This document shows, one piece after another, positions 52,469-62,416 of a DNA stretch of 64,000 nt. Numbering within the stretch: position 1 is the first letter of the stretch; each line of letters opens with the position of its first letter. The DNA comes from Nanobdellati archaeon (GTDB lineage Archaea > EX4484-52 > GLR71). A model generated the notes under the pieces. The model was not told the origin of the DNA. It worked only from the letters and a program-made list of their open reading frames with translations, and did not search any database. The translations under genes were made by a program, and so were the position numbers. The stretch lies in contig JAHYJR010000001.1 in assembly GCA_019429005.1 (NCBI GenBank), forward strand, positions 40,663-104,662. Reading direction: 5' to 3'.

Positions 52469-54601
52469 TCATTTTTTGACTGTTTTTGATTTAATTACTG
52501 TTGCTTTTGTTGACATTTTTGGTTTTATAGCCGTTTTTGATTTAGTTACAGTCTTTGCAGTCGTTATTCTTTTACCCCAATTTGCTTTAGTTTCACATTT
52601 TGTATCAAGACACATTTTCCAAGGCTTTTTACCTTTACTTATTATCTGAACAATAGGTGTCTGACATTTCTCACAAACAGTTCCAGTCTTTTTAATCATG
52701 CCAAAACCAGGAAGTGGAAAAATATTATCACATTTTGGATAGTTACTACACCCTACAAAAGGCTTTCCTATTCTAGATTTCATCATTGTAAGATTTCCTA
52801 CTTTACACTTTGGACATTCACCCAAAATATTATCATTAATTCGTTCTTTTCGTACAGAATCAATCAAACTGTTTCCGATATCAAACTCATTTTTCTTAAA
52901 CTGTTCAAGTATTATTGTAAGTTCAGTTCTTGCAGTATCAAGAACTTTTTCGCTTTCAAGTTTATTATCACCTATAAGTTCCATATCTTTTTCAAAATGG
53001 CGTGTTAAATCTTCAGAGATTATTTTCGGACAATATTTATCAAGAGTTTCAATTACTTTTAATCCAAGATCAGTTACTTCTATTCTTTTTTCTACAAGAT
53101 ATCCTCGCTTATATAAATTATTCACAATTTCAGCTCTTGTCGCTTTTGTGCCAAGATCACGTTTTTCTAAAGCTCTTATTATTGATGCTTGATTATATCT
53201 ATTTGGTGGTTTTGTTTTATTTTCAATAAAATTAAATTTAGTAACATCAACCATATCACCAATTTTCATATCAGGAAGTGTAACTTCTTCAAGTTTCACA
53301 TAAGGTGCATATAACTCAAACCAATTAGGTTCAATTGTCCGTTTTCCAAGTACATTAAATTTATGTGTTTTTACATCAAGTACTATTGTCATTGATTCAC
53401 GTATTGCATCAATACCGAAAACAGCAAAAAATCTCTTAACAATCAAATCATAAATTTTGTGTTCACGCCCAACAAGGGATGAAGGTAATTCGCCAGTTGG
53501 ATGTATTGCTGGATGTGCCTCATCTGTCTTTGGACCCTCATTAGGTTTAAGTTTTGTTTTGAGAAGTATGTCCACAATATTAATGTAATCTTTATTTTTT
53601 GACAATTTTGAAAGTATGGATCTGAAATCAAGCTTTTCTGGTAATTTTTGTGAACTTGTTCTAGGATACGATATAACAGCCATTTCATATAATTTTTGTG
53701 CTATAGCTTGTGTGTCTTTTGGAGTTATAGCAAAAAGTTTATGTGCCTCTACCTGAAGATCTGTAAGATTAAATGGTGTTGGTACTTTTTGCTTATATTT
53801 ATTCTTCTCAATTTTTGATACTGTAGCATTATTGCCTATACAATCATTATAGATTTCTTCAGCCTTTGATTTATCCCATATTTTTTCAACCTCATACATT
53901 GCAGTAAATAATTTAGATAAAAATTCAATCTGCCAATAAGGATCTGGTATAAACGCTTTTATTTCTAATTCACGTGCAGCTAGAAATGCTAATGCAGGAC
54001 CTTGAACTCTACCAGAACTCAAAACCTTATAATTGCCTGTACTTTTTATAGCAAGCATAAGTGCTCTTGAAACATTAATACCAAAATAAAAATCTAACAT
54101 ATGCCTTGTTACTCCAGCTTCAGCACGTCCCCTATTAATATGTGGTTTTGCATTATCGTATGCATTTACAAGATCTCCTGAAGTCATTGTTGAAAATTCC
54201 ATACGTTTTGCATCTTCAACACCACAAATATATCTCAATATGTTAAAAGCTATTGTTTCGCCTTCAACATCTAAATCTGTCGCTATAACAAATTCATCTG
54301 CATCTTTTACTAATTTTTTAATTACGTTATAATACTCTTTTGTATATGCTGTTGTTTTGTTAACTTCAAACATAGGTCTCCATTCAACATCAAAAATTGG
54401 GTATGTCCAATTTGTTCCTTTTTGCTTTAATGTAAACAAATGACCAACTGCAGAAACCACAACAATTTTCTTTTTATTACGCTCAAGCTCCATATAACTA
54501 ACAGTACCTACTTTTTGAGTTTTAACAGGACCTTCAGCTATAGATACTGCAATTTTCCTAGCAGCACTTGGTTTCTCTGCAATGATTAATGTATATGACA
54601 T
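52469..54601 (-). CDS. topA: DNA topoisomerase IA
   Basis: IAEKPSAA, AVGHL, ATDLDVEG, SSGRVQ, ISYPRT (catalytic Tyr), EAHPAIHPT, LGTKATR, C-terminal Zn ribbons and K/T-rich tail. Confidence 0.97.
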   Translation of the reverse strand: MSYTLIIAEKPSAARKIAVSIAEGPVKTQKVGTVSYMELERNKKKIVVVSAVGHLFTLKQKGTNWTYPIFDVEWRPMFEVNKTTAYTKEYYNVIKKLVKDADEFVIATDLDVEGETIAFNILRYICGVEDAKRMEFSTMTSGDLVNAYDNAKPHINRGRAEAGVTRHMLDFYFGINVSRALMLAIKSTGNYKVLSSGRVQGPALAFLAARELEIKAFIPDPYWQIEFLSKLFTAMYEVEKIWDKSKAEEIYNDCIGNNATVSKIEKNKYKQKVPTPFNLTDLQVEAHKLFAITPKDTQAIAQKLYEMAVISYPRTSSQKLPEKLDFRSILSKLSKNKDYINIVDILLKTKLKPNEGPKTDEAHPAIHPTGELPSSLVGREHKIYDLIVKRFFAVFGIDAIRESMTIVLDVKTHKFNVLGKRTIEPNWFELYAPYVKLEEVTLPDMKIGDMVDVTKFNFIENKTKPPNRYNQASIIRALEKRDLGTKATRAEIVNNLYKRGYLVEKRIEVTDLGLKVIETLDKYCPKIISEDLTRHFEKDMELIGDNKLESEKVLDTARTELTIILEQFKKNEFDIGNSLIDSVRKERINDNILGECPKCKVGNLTMMKSRIGKPFVGCSNYPKCDNIFPLPGFGMIKKTGTVCEKCQTPIVQIISKGKKPWKMCLDTKCETKANWGKRITTAKTVTKSKTAIKPKMSTKATVIKSKTVKK

Positions 54602-54721
54602 AATATAGAAATTGTGATGTATATTATTTAAATATGCCTTAAATCTTAGAGTGTTATAATTTAAACAAAACGTTTAGATATGCATTTTAATATATAAGGA
54701 TTACTTAATAAATAAAATATT

Positions 54722-55249
54722 ATGCACCCTCTTTTAGAAAAAATAGAACATTTTGTAGATAAAATAATACCATACTTACTTCTTATGTTGATAACAATAA
54801 CACTTTCAGAAATCTTTATCCATGAAACCGTTGTACATTATGAACATACTATACATTTGATAGACAATTTTATAATTTATACATTTATTCTAGACTTAAT
54901 ATTCAAATACAACCGTGTACGAAATATACCTAAATTCATACGAAGTTATTGGATTGATATACTTGCAGTATTTCCATTTTACCTAACTTTTAGATTTATA
55001 GAAGTCGTAACTACATCACAATTAATTGAAGAAAGTCAAAAAGCTTTACATATCGCAACTGAAAGCGAGAAAGAACTTTCAAGAACGATAAAAGAAGTAA
55101 AAGAAGTTAAACTTGCAAGTAGAGTAAGCAAAATGACAAAAGAAATTAGAATTTTAAATAGGCTGCCTAGATTAATAAAAGCTTTACATTTTTATGAAAA
55201 ACCAAACATAAAAAAGAAGGACCTTGAAATCTGGCTTTCAGTTGATTGA
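54722..55249 (+). CDS. Stand-alone voltage-sensor-like (S1-S4) membrane protein with no pore domain
   Basis: S2-like D..I...F..DL, S3-like W.DILAVFPF, S4-like RVSKMTKEIRILNRLPRLIK; the ORF ends about 20 aa after S4. Confidence 0.65.
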   Translation: MHPLLEKIEHFVDKIIPYLLLMLITITLSEIFIHETVVHYEHTIHLIDNFIIYTFILDLIFKYNRVRNIPKFIRSYWIDILAVFPFYLTFRFIEVVTTSQLIEESQKALHIATESEKELSRTIKEVKEVKLASRVSKMTKEIRILNRLPRLIKALHFYEKPNIKKKDLEIWLSVD

Positions 55250-56536
55250 TTTTTTCAAAGACTCAATCTTCTTAATACCAAACATATATGGTCTTAAAAC
55301 TTTTGGAACTTTTATAGAACCATCTTTCTGCTGAAAATTCTCAATTATTGCGACAAGTGCTCTTGTTGTTGCAATCGCTGTACTATTTAAAGTATGAATT
55401 GGTTTTGTTTCTGCCCCAGGATTATCCCATGAACGGATATTCAATCGCCTAGCCTGATATTCTGTACAATTACTACAAGATACAACCTCACGATATGTAT
55501 TTTGTACAGGCATCCACACTTCGATATCATATTTTTTTGCAGCAACCGTACCAAGATCCCCTGTACAGATATTAACAACACGATATGGTAACTCTAATTT
55601 TTTAAAAAGTTCTTCAGCATTCAAAAGTAATTCTTCATGTATTTTCCAAGAATCTTTAGGCTCGCATAAAACAACCTGTTCTACCTTATTAAATTGGTGG
55701 ACTCTAAATATCCCTTTGGTATCTTTACCGTGTGAACCTACTTCTTTTCTAAAATTTGTAGTAAACCCTGCATATTTTATTGGAAGTTCATTATTTTGAA
55801 GAATTTCATCCTTGTGCTGAGCTGTTAATGTGTGTTCTGAAGTCGCAATAAGATAAAGGTCTTCATCTTCAATCTTGTATAATACATCCTCAAAATCAGC
55901 AAGATCCGTAACACCTTCATAAGGTTCTCTCTTCATCATGAATGGGGTCTCAACCAACATAAAACCTTTATTTATCAAAGTGTCAATAGCAAAACGTGAT
56001 AATGCCATCTCCATAAGTGCTAATGGTCCTTTTAAAAAATAAAATCTAGCCCCTGAAATCTTTGAAGCACGTTCAATATCAGCAATACCTAAATCAAATA
56101 TAATATCTACATGACTTTTAGGTGTAAAATCAAATTCTCTTTTTTTCCCAACAAACTTAATAGGAACATTTTTTGAATCATCAACACCAACAGGAACTGA
56201 TTCATGCATTATATTTGGCAATCGCCTCATTATATAATCTATACGTTCTTTATATCCTGTTACAGCCTCATCAAGATTCTTTATCTTTAATGCTATATCT
56301 TTTGTTTTTTTAATATTTGAAGATACGTCTTTCTTTTCTTTTTTCAAAGATGAAATTTCAAGTGCAATAATATTTCTATCATGTTTTAATGATTCTAACT
56401 GTTTTAAAGAATCTCTCCAAGACTTATCACAAATAATTACTTCATCAAGAAGCTTTATTTTGTCTTTTGATTTTCTTTTATTAAGATCATTTCTTATGAT
56501 TTCGGGATTATTTCTTACAAGAGCTATATCAAGCAT
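55238..56536 (-). CDS. serS: Serine--tRNA ligase (type 1)
   Basis: MLDI..VR, coiled-coil arm, LIATSE, FRKEVGSHGKDTKGIFRVHQFNKVEQ, KYDIEVW, EVVSCSNCTEYQARRL. Confidence 0.98.
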   Translation of the reverse strand: MLDIALVRNNPEIIRNDLNKRKSKDKIKLLDEVIICDKSWRDSLKQLESLKHDRNIIALEISSLKKEKKDVSSNIKKTKDIALKIKNLDEAVTGYKERIDYIMRRLPNIMHESVPVGVDDSKNVPIKFVGKKREFDFTPKSHVDIIFDLGIADIERASKISGARFYFLKGPLALMEMALSRFAIDTLINKGFMLVETPFMMKREPYEGVTDLADFEDVLYKIEDEDLYLIATSEHTLTAQHKDEILQNNELPIKYAGFTTNFRKEVGSHGKDTKGIFRVHQFNKVEQVVLCEPKDSWKIHEELLLNAEELFKKLELPYRVVNICTGDLGTVAAKKYDIEVWMPVQNTYREVVSCSNCTEYQARRLNIRSWDNPGAETKPIHTLNSTAIATTRALVAIIENFQQKDGSIKVPKVLRPYMFGIKKIESLKKSIN

Positions 56537-56599
56537 AAATCTCTACCTTATAACATATTTGTATAATAATTTTTTATAGTTATAAGTTAAAAAATAATT

Positions 56600-57055
56600 A
56601 TGAAAGTTACAATCGAAATCACAAAAGGATCTTTCATAAAATCTAGTATTACTCCAACAAAAACAAAACTTGAATTTATATCGCCAATACCAATACCTTT
56701 CAATTATGGTTTTATTAATGATACACAATCTGGAGATTCAGAAGCTCTTGATATTATTATTTTCGGGGAAAAACTTAAAAGAGGTTCAAAACTAGATATA
56801 TCCGCATCAGGTATAATCTTATTTAAAGATAATAATGTTAAAGATTACAAAATAATTGCATCAACAGACAAAAAAAACAAAACTTATAGAAAAATTATAA
56901 CATACCTATTTTTCAAATTATATGCTACAATAAAACCTTTAATATACCTTATATTTGAACACAAACTTGCAAAAAGCAAATTCAAAGGTATTATATGGTT
57001 TAAAAATGAAATTAAAGAGGTAAAAAACTTAGAAAAAATCACATCTACCTTGTAA
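56600..57055 (+). CDS. ppa: Family I inorganic pyrophosphatase-like protein (divergent)
   Basis: IEITKGS..K, PFNYGFI..T.SGDSEALD, D....DYKII. Confidence 0.72.
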   Translation: MKVTIEITKGSFIKSSITPTKTKLEFISPIPIPFNYGFINDTQSGDSEALDIIIFGEKLKRGSKLDISASGIILFKDNNVKDYKIIASTDKKNKTYRKIITYLFFKLYATIKPLIYLIFEHKLAKSKFKGIIWFKNEIKEVKNLEKITSTL

Positions 57056-58130
57056 TTTTCTGAGTTTTTACAATCTCATATAATTCAGCAGCTTTCTTAT
57101 TTTTTTCAAAATGTTCGCGTGCTGGACTGATTAATTCATTTAAATAAAATGCAACTGAATTTTTAAGATCTAGTGGATGTATCTTTCCATAAACAAACAA
57201 CTTTTCAAGTTCATCATAACTTAAAACTTCAAGATCACCACCAAACTTATCAGGTCTTTCAATCTTAAAAACATCATATTTTTTAAATATAATTCCTTTA
57301 GCATAATCAAGCATAGGATTATTTTCAACAACCTTTTCGGGACAATATGCATTCTTTATTTTTTTTACAATGTCTTCTTTTGAATCGTGAATATATATGC
57401 AAGTCTCAGGTTTGCTTTTACTCATTTTCATTTGAATTTGACTATCGATTACTGAATTCTCATCAAATTGTAAATTATCTATTGTTGTTGGTTTTAAACC
57501 CATAAGCATCGGATGTGATATAACAACAGGTTTCCACCAACCCAATTTAGGTCCAACTTCACGTGCAAGCATATTAATCCTTCTCTGATCTAAACCAAGC
57601 TGACAAATATCAACATCAAGCTTGAATATATCTGCACATTGCATAGCCGGATAAATTAATTGTCCTGTACTCAATGAATCTTTTTCAGTCCTACCCATTA
57701 TAGTTGTGCATCGAAGCATTCTATTGATACTTGTTTCTTTTGATATCTTCAATACACGTTCCATGTAATCCTGATCCATTATATCTTTTGCCCAAATAAG
57801 TTCAACCTTATTAAAATCAACACCGAGTGCTTTATAAACTTCTGTAAAATACAATCCAACTTTACGGATATTTTCAATATCACCACCCATCTTATTATTA
57901 AGATATGCGTGCCAATCTGCAAGAAATAGCTTAAATTTTACTCCCGCTTTCAAAAGATCTGAAATATTAAGAGCTCTTACAACAAAAGGAAGATGTGCAA
58001 CACCGGAGGGTTCAAAACCATCATAAGCTACTGGATGTTTTTTGGTTTCAAGAAGCGTTCTGAGATCGTCTTGTGTAACCGTTTCCTGTCCAATATTTTC
58101 TATAAGCTTAATTCGTGTTTCAATATCCAT
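57045..58130 (-). CDS. tyrS: Tyrosine--tRNA ligase (archaeal/eukaryal type)
   Basis: AYDGFEPSG, LADWHA, YPAMQCADIF, QLGLDQR, KMSKS, AYCP, HPLDLK. Confidence 0.97.
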   Translation of the reverse strand: MDIETRIKLIENIGQETVTQDDLRTLLETKKHPVAYDGFEPSGVAHLPFVVRALNISDLLKAGVKFKLFLADWHAYLNNKMGGDIENIRKVGLYFTEVYKALGVDFNKVELIWAKDIMDQDYMERVLKISKETSINRMLRCTTIMGRTEKDSLSTGQLIYPAMQCADIFKLDVDICQLGLDQRRINMLAREVGPKLGWWKPVVISHPMLMGLKPTTIDNLQFDENSVIDSQIQMKMSKSKPETCIYIHDSKEDIVKKIKNAYCPEKVVENNPMLDYAKGIIFKKYDVFKIERPDKFGGDLEVLSYDELEKLFVYGKIHPLDLKNSVAFYLNELISPAREHFEKNKKAAELYEIVKTQKITR

Positions 58131-58336
58131 AAAAGCACCGTTAATAGAAAATTATTCAAATAAATATATAAATTGTATTATTATAAACCACTCATAATAT
58201 ACAATATTATTTCAATTACAAAATTAAAAATCATATAAACAAAAACAAGTGCATCTTAAACATATTCAAATTTGACCCTATTTAAACAACATCTAAAAAC
58301 CAAAAACATTATATATGTATGAAATAAATTATCTTT

Positions 58337-58786
58337 ATGAATATAAATGTAATTTGCAAAAAATGCGATCATATGTTCAGATGGGATATTGACAAAACAG
58401 AAGAAAAATGTCCCTACTGTTATTCAATTCTTACTATGAAAGATATTAGAATGACACCTTTAGAGTATAAAAAATATTTACAATACATAAAAACACATAG
58501 AACTGCCTATAAAGAAACTAACAATGAACAGCTAGAAAACTCTATGCATATAACAGAAACCGCAACAAATTCAATAAATGAAACAGAAACAACTGAACCA
58601 TTAAAAGGTAAATTTATAATTAAAAAAGGTCGAACAAAATATGGTACAATCGAAATGACTGATCCCGATTACATGATACTCAAACTAAGTATATGGGCTA
58701 TGGGACCACAACAAAAATATATAATAAAACAACTTAACAAAAAGATTCATGATTTCTTAAAAGATGCTGGCTTTGATATTGATTAA
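58337..58786 (+). CDS. Zn-ribbon-containing hypothetical protein
   Basis: CKKC...CPYC at the N-terminus; 149-aa ORF. Confidence 0.7.
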   Translation: MNINVICKKCDHMFRWDIDKTEEKCPYCYSILTMKDIRMTPLEYKKYLQYIKTHRTAYKETNNEQLENSMHITETATNSINETETTEPLKGKFIIKKGRTKYGTIEMTDPDYMILKLSIWAMGPQQKYIIKQLNKKIHDFLKDAGFDID

Positions 58787-58827
58787 TTAATTTCTAAAAA
58801 GATTAAAAACAAATAAGTGTATTCAAA

Positions 58828-59702
58828 ATTAAATGGTATATTTTTGCATTAGGATGTGCTTTTTTAACTTCACTTGCTGCAATTGTAGAGAAAAAAACAT
58901 TAATAAATGAGCACGCAATGGAATTTTCAACCGTTCTCGCAATATTTAATTTTATAATTGCCTTACTCTTACTAAAATTTGCAGATTTTAACATATTAAC
59001 CAATTCACTAAATTTAATCCTATTAATTTATACTGCTTCACTTCTTGGAAGTATCGCCTTTTAATGGTCGCAAAAAGCCTAAGACATATGAACATATCAG
59101 TTGTTTCGCCGTTATTAAATTTTAATCCGGCTATAGTTGCAATACTTGCATTTCTGATCCTTGGAGATAAATTGACAACAATCCAAATTAGTGGTATGGT
59201 TATACTTATGTTTGGTGCATATTTACTTGAAACAAAAAAAGGAAATAATAATTTTATACAGACTATGAAAAAACTAATAGCCTTAAAATATATACATTAT
59301 CTTGGTATTTCCTTTGTGTTTTATGGGTTCAGTTCTATTATTGATAAGTTTGTATTGGGTTTTATAACACCTATTACCTATATTGTTGTTATCCAATTTT
59401 TTATAGCGATAAATTTTGTAATAATGATATATCTTTTCCATAATCGTATGATCGGAATCAAAAAGGGTATAATGCGCGCAGGTAAATGGATTTTTATAGT
59501 TGCAATATTTACAACATCATATAGACTTCTTCAGTCACAAGCAATCTCTATGGCTTATATCAGTCTAGTTATTCCAATTAAAAAATTAAGCACCATATTT
59601 TCAACAATAATTGGTGGTGAAATGTTCCATGAAAAACATCTTCTTAAAAAAACGATTGCATGTGTTGTTATGCTCGTTGGAGTTTATCTTATAATAATTT
59701 AA
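58828..59702 (+). pseudogene. EamA/DMT-family transporter, split by a frameshift (58828-59064 and 59064-59702)
   Basis: Upstream frame KWYIFALGCAFLTSLAAIVEKK...LLGSIAF* continues as (L)MVAKSLRHMNISVVSPL...LAFLILGD in another frame; one extra T in the T4 run at 59059-59062 would restore a single ORF. Confidence 0.75.
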
Positions 59703-59775
59703 TAACAAATTGAAAATTAATTTATACCTAAAAAATACAGCTAAAACATATAAAATTATAAAATGGAAGATACTT

Positions 59776-61092
59776 ATGGATAAAACAGCAACATTTATAG
59801 TTAAATCGGGACAATGTTCTTGGGGTAAATGCATATATTGTGGTTACGGAAAAATTGTTGGCTTAGATGCAAATATAAATAAAATAAATTCAGATATTGA
59901 TTATTTTTTTGAAAAAAATAAAGATATAACTACACTTAAAATTTTTGGCTCAGGAAGTTTTGTTGATGAAAAGCAATTTCCAAAAGAATCACAAAAATAT
60001 CTTGTAGATAAATGTCTAAAAAATAACATAAAAAACCTATTTTTTGAAAGTCGTCCGGAATTTATAACCGAAAAAAATCTAAAAATTTTCAAAAACTTAA
60101 ATTTCACTGTTGCAATAGGTCTTGAAATTGCAGACAATACAATTCTTGAAAAACTAAACAAAGGTTTCAAAATAGAAGATTACATTAAAGCAACAGAAAT
60201 TATCAAAAAATCAGGTGGTAATTCAAGAACATATCTTCTTGTAAACCCTCCCTATATTAATAATGTAGAATCTGAACTTAACAAATCTGTTGAATTTGTG
60301 CTTAAACACTCAGACACAATTGTTTTAATAAACCTATATCCTCACGCAAATGCAGATATGCTTAATTTGTATCTGGATTTAAAATGGAAACCTCTTAATA
60401 AGACCGAATTTGATAAAGTTACAAAAAAATGGAAAGATACAAATAATATTGAATTTGACTTTGAAACATTCATTTTTTCACCAAGAATACCTGAACATCT
60501 GCGAGCCGACCTTTATGGTGTAGGAGAAAAATGTCTTATGCATCCCCATTATGAAATTTGGCAAGATTATTTTAATAGATTCTATAATATACCAACTATA
60601 AAAGAATTTATTTTGTTCTTACCTTGTGCATTCAGAAAACCCTATTCAAACTCAAAAACACATAAAGATATATTAAAACAACTTATTAGACTTCCACAAT
60701 ATCCAAAAATACATCAAGTCATGGTTTCAAGTCCAGGTGTAATCCCTAGGGAATTTGAAAACAAATACCCTTTTAAATCCTATGATTGGCCAGAATGGCA
60801 GGAAACTGCTGATATTAAAAAACAATATATTGAGATTACTGCAAAACGTATTGAAGAATATCTTAAAACACACAAAGATACATACAAAAAAGTTTTCGTA
60901 TATCTTAAACCTACATCAGAAAGTTACAAAGCGGTTGAAATCGCTTGTTCAAACCTAAAAATACGACTTATAAGCTGTATAGATAAAAATACATATCAAA
61001 AAATATTGGATAAAGGAAAAGAAAAACAAATCCTTACGGATCGACTTGCTCTTGATTCGCTTTTAAAAACATTAAAAAAGGAAGCTAAATAA
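59776..61092 (+). CDS. RaSEA-like radical SAM protein fused to an ArcS/DUF5591-like domain (candidate archaeosine synthase)
   Basis: GQCSWGKCIYCGY, KIFGSGSFVD, ESRPEFI, VAIGLE, NKGF, YLLVNPP; C-terminal FLPCAFRKPYSNSKTH, SSPGVIPRE.E..YP...YD. Confidence 0.85.
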   Translation: MDKTATFIVKSGQCSWGKCIYCGYGKIVGLDANINKINSDIDYFFEKNKDITTLKIFGSGSFVDEKQFPKESQKYLVDKCLKNNIKNLFFESRPEFITEKNLKIFKNLNFTVAIGLEIADNTILEKLNKGFKIEDYIKATEIIKKSGGNSRTYLLVNPPYINNVESELNKSVEFVLKHSDTIVLINLYPHANADMLNLYLDLKWKPLNKTEFDKVTKKWKDTNNIEFDFETFIFSPRIPEHLRADLYGVGEKCLMHPHYEIWQDYFNRFYNIPTIKEFILFLPCAFRKPYSNSKTHKDILKQLIRLPQYPKIHQVMVSSPGVIPREFENKYPFKSYDWPEWQETADIKKQYIEITAKRIEEYLKTHKDTYKKVFVYLKPTSESYKAVEIACSNLKIRLISCIDKNTYQKILDKGKEKQILTDRLALDSLLKTLKKEAK

Positions 61093-61095
61093 AAA

Positions 61096-62403
61096 TTAGC
61101 CTACAATTTTCTGATCTTTAACTGATATATATGGTGTTACAACACCATCAACCTGTTTTATTACATCTGATGTTCCTACAATCTTCTTAAGAACATCATA
61201 AACATTTCCAACATACATCCCACCCTTTGTAGCTTTTCTAATTACACCTTTCTCAATTATAAAAGCATTAAGTAAAGTTAAACTAAAATCACCTGTAACT
61301 GAATTTGACATGTGTGACCCCATTACAGAATATATTATAATACCCGAATCAACACTAGCTATTAACTTATCTAAAGATTTATTTGAACTGTTAATACAAA
61401 AATTAGTTGTATTAATTGAAGGTTGTACTGTAAAATCACCTACAGCATTCCCTGTAGATTTAACATTATCTTTTTGTCCCCTGATACAATCATATAAAAA
61501 TCCTTTAAATACACCTTTTTCAATTATTTTTGTTTTTTGTCTTGGCATCCCTTCACGATCAAAAGCATATGAACCAATACCACCTGACATAAGCCCATCA
61601 TCTATAATTGAAACAGATTCAGATGCTATCATCTGACCAATTTTACCTTCTAAATAAGACCTTCCAGACTGCAAATTTTCTGCATTTATTGCGGAAATAA
61701 ATGTATTATTTAATATATCTGACACAACGGACGGATGTAATATTACAGTCTGTAATTTTGATACAACTTGCTTTTTATTCTGTGCCAATACAACTTTACT
61801 TGAAATATCTTTTACAAGATCGATTGTATCTAAACTTTTTAATTTTGTAGATTCGCTTGAACCATAAAAGACAGAATCTTTAAATGATATTTCAAAATCA
61901 GTACTACAAACAGTTTTTTTTCCTGAATGTTTTAAACCAGCTGTATTCTGTATTTTACTTAAATATGATACTAACCCTATTGAATTATTTGTAAGATAAA
62001 TCTCCTTATTATAATTTTTAATTGTATTCAACATTTCCTGAACCATATCAATAAGTGCATCATCTTCAATATCTAACACATTTTTATCAAATAAATTTTT
62101 AGGTTTAGACACAGATATTTGTTCTGGAAATGACAAAAGTTCTTGATTTGCATAAGCTGCATTTTTTATGGCATAATCAAAATATTTATTCAACTGCGAA
62201 ACATCTGTAGTGTATGCATAACCAATCTTTTGACCTACAATCACACGCATACCATACCCTGAAATAATCTTTTTTGAAATTGATGTAACTTTATCATTTT
62301 CAACTGTTAATGTCGTAGAATCTTGACTATTTGAAAATATTTCTGCTTCAACATTTAGTTTTTTTGCCGCACTTAATATTTTATCAATATTATAATCATC
62401 CAT
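61096..62403 (-). CDS. pmbA: TldD/PmbA family protein, PmbA (TldE)-like
   Basis: G.GMRV...GYAY, FDREG, TGNA, N.VTGDFSL; lacks HExxxH; follows tldD. Confidence 0.88.
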   Translation of the reverse strand: MDDYNIDKILSAAKKLNVEAEIFSNSQDSTTLTVENDKVTSISKKIISGYGMRVIVGQKIGYAYTTDVSQLNKYFDYAIKNAAYANQELLSFPEQISVSKPKNLFDKNVLDIEDDALIDMVQEMLNTIKNYNKEIYLTNNSIGLVSYLSKIQNTAGLKHSGKKTVCSTDFEISFKDSVFYGSSESTKLKSLDTIDLVKDISSKVVLAQNKKQVVSKLQTVILHPSVVSDILNNTFISAINAENLQSGRSYLEGKIGQMIASESVSIIDDGLMSGGIGSYAFDREGMPRQKTKIIEKGVFKGFLYDCIRGQKDNVKSTGNAVGDFTVQPSINTTNFCINSSNKSLDKLIASVDSGIIIYSVMGSHMSNSVTGDFSLTLLNAFIIEKGVIRKATKGGMYVGNVYDVLKKIVGTSDVIKQVDGVVTPYISVKDQKIVG

Positions 62404-62416
62404 AAATAATCACCAC

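Noticed and set aside
5065-54601. Inteins in AtpA, NrdD, RadA, Cdc48 or TopA
   Set aside because: All are normal length, with no C...HN-C/S/T splice junctions or LAGLIDADG blocks
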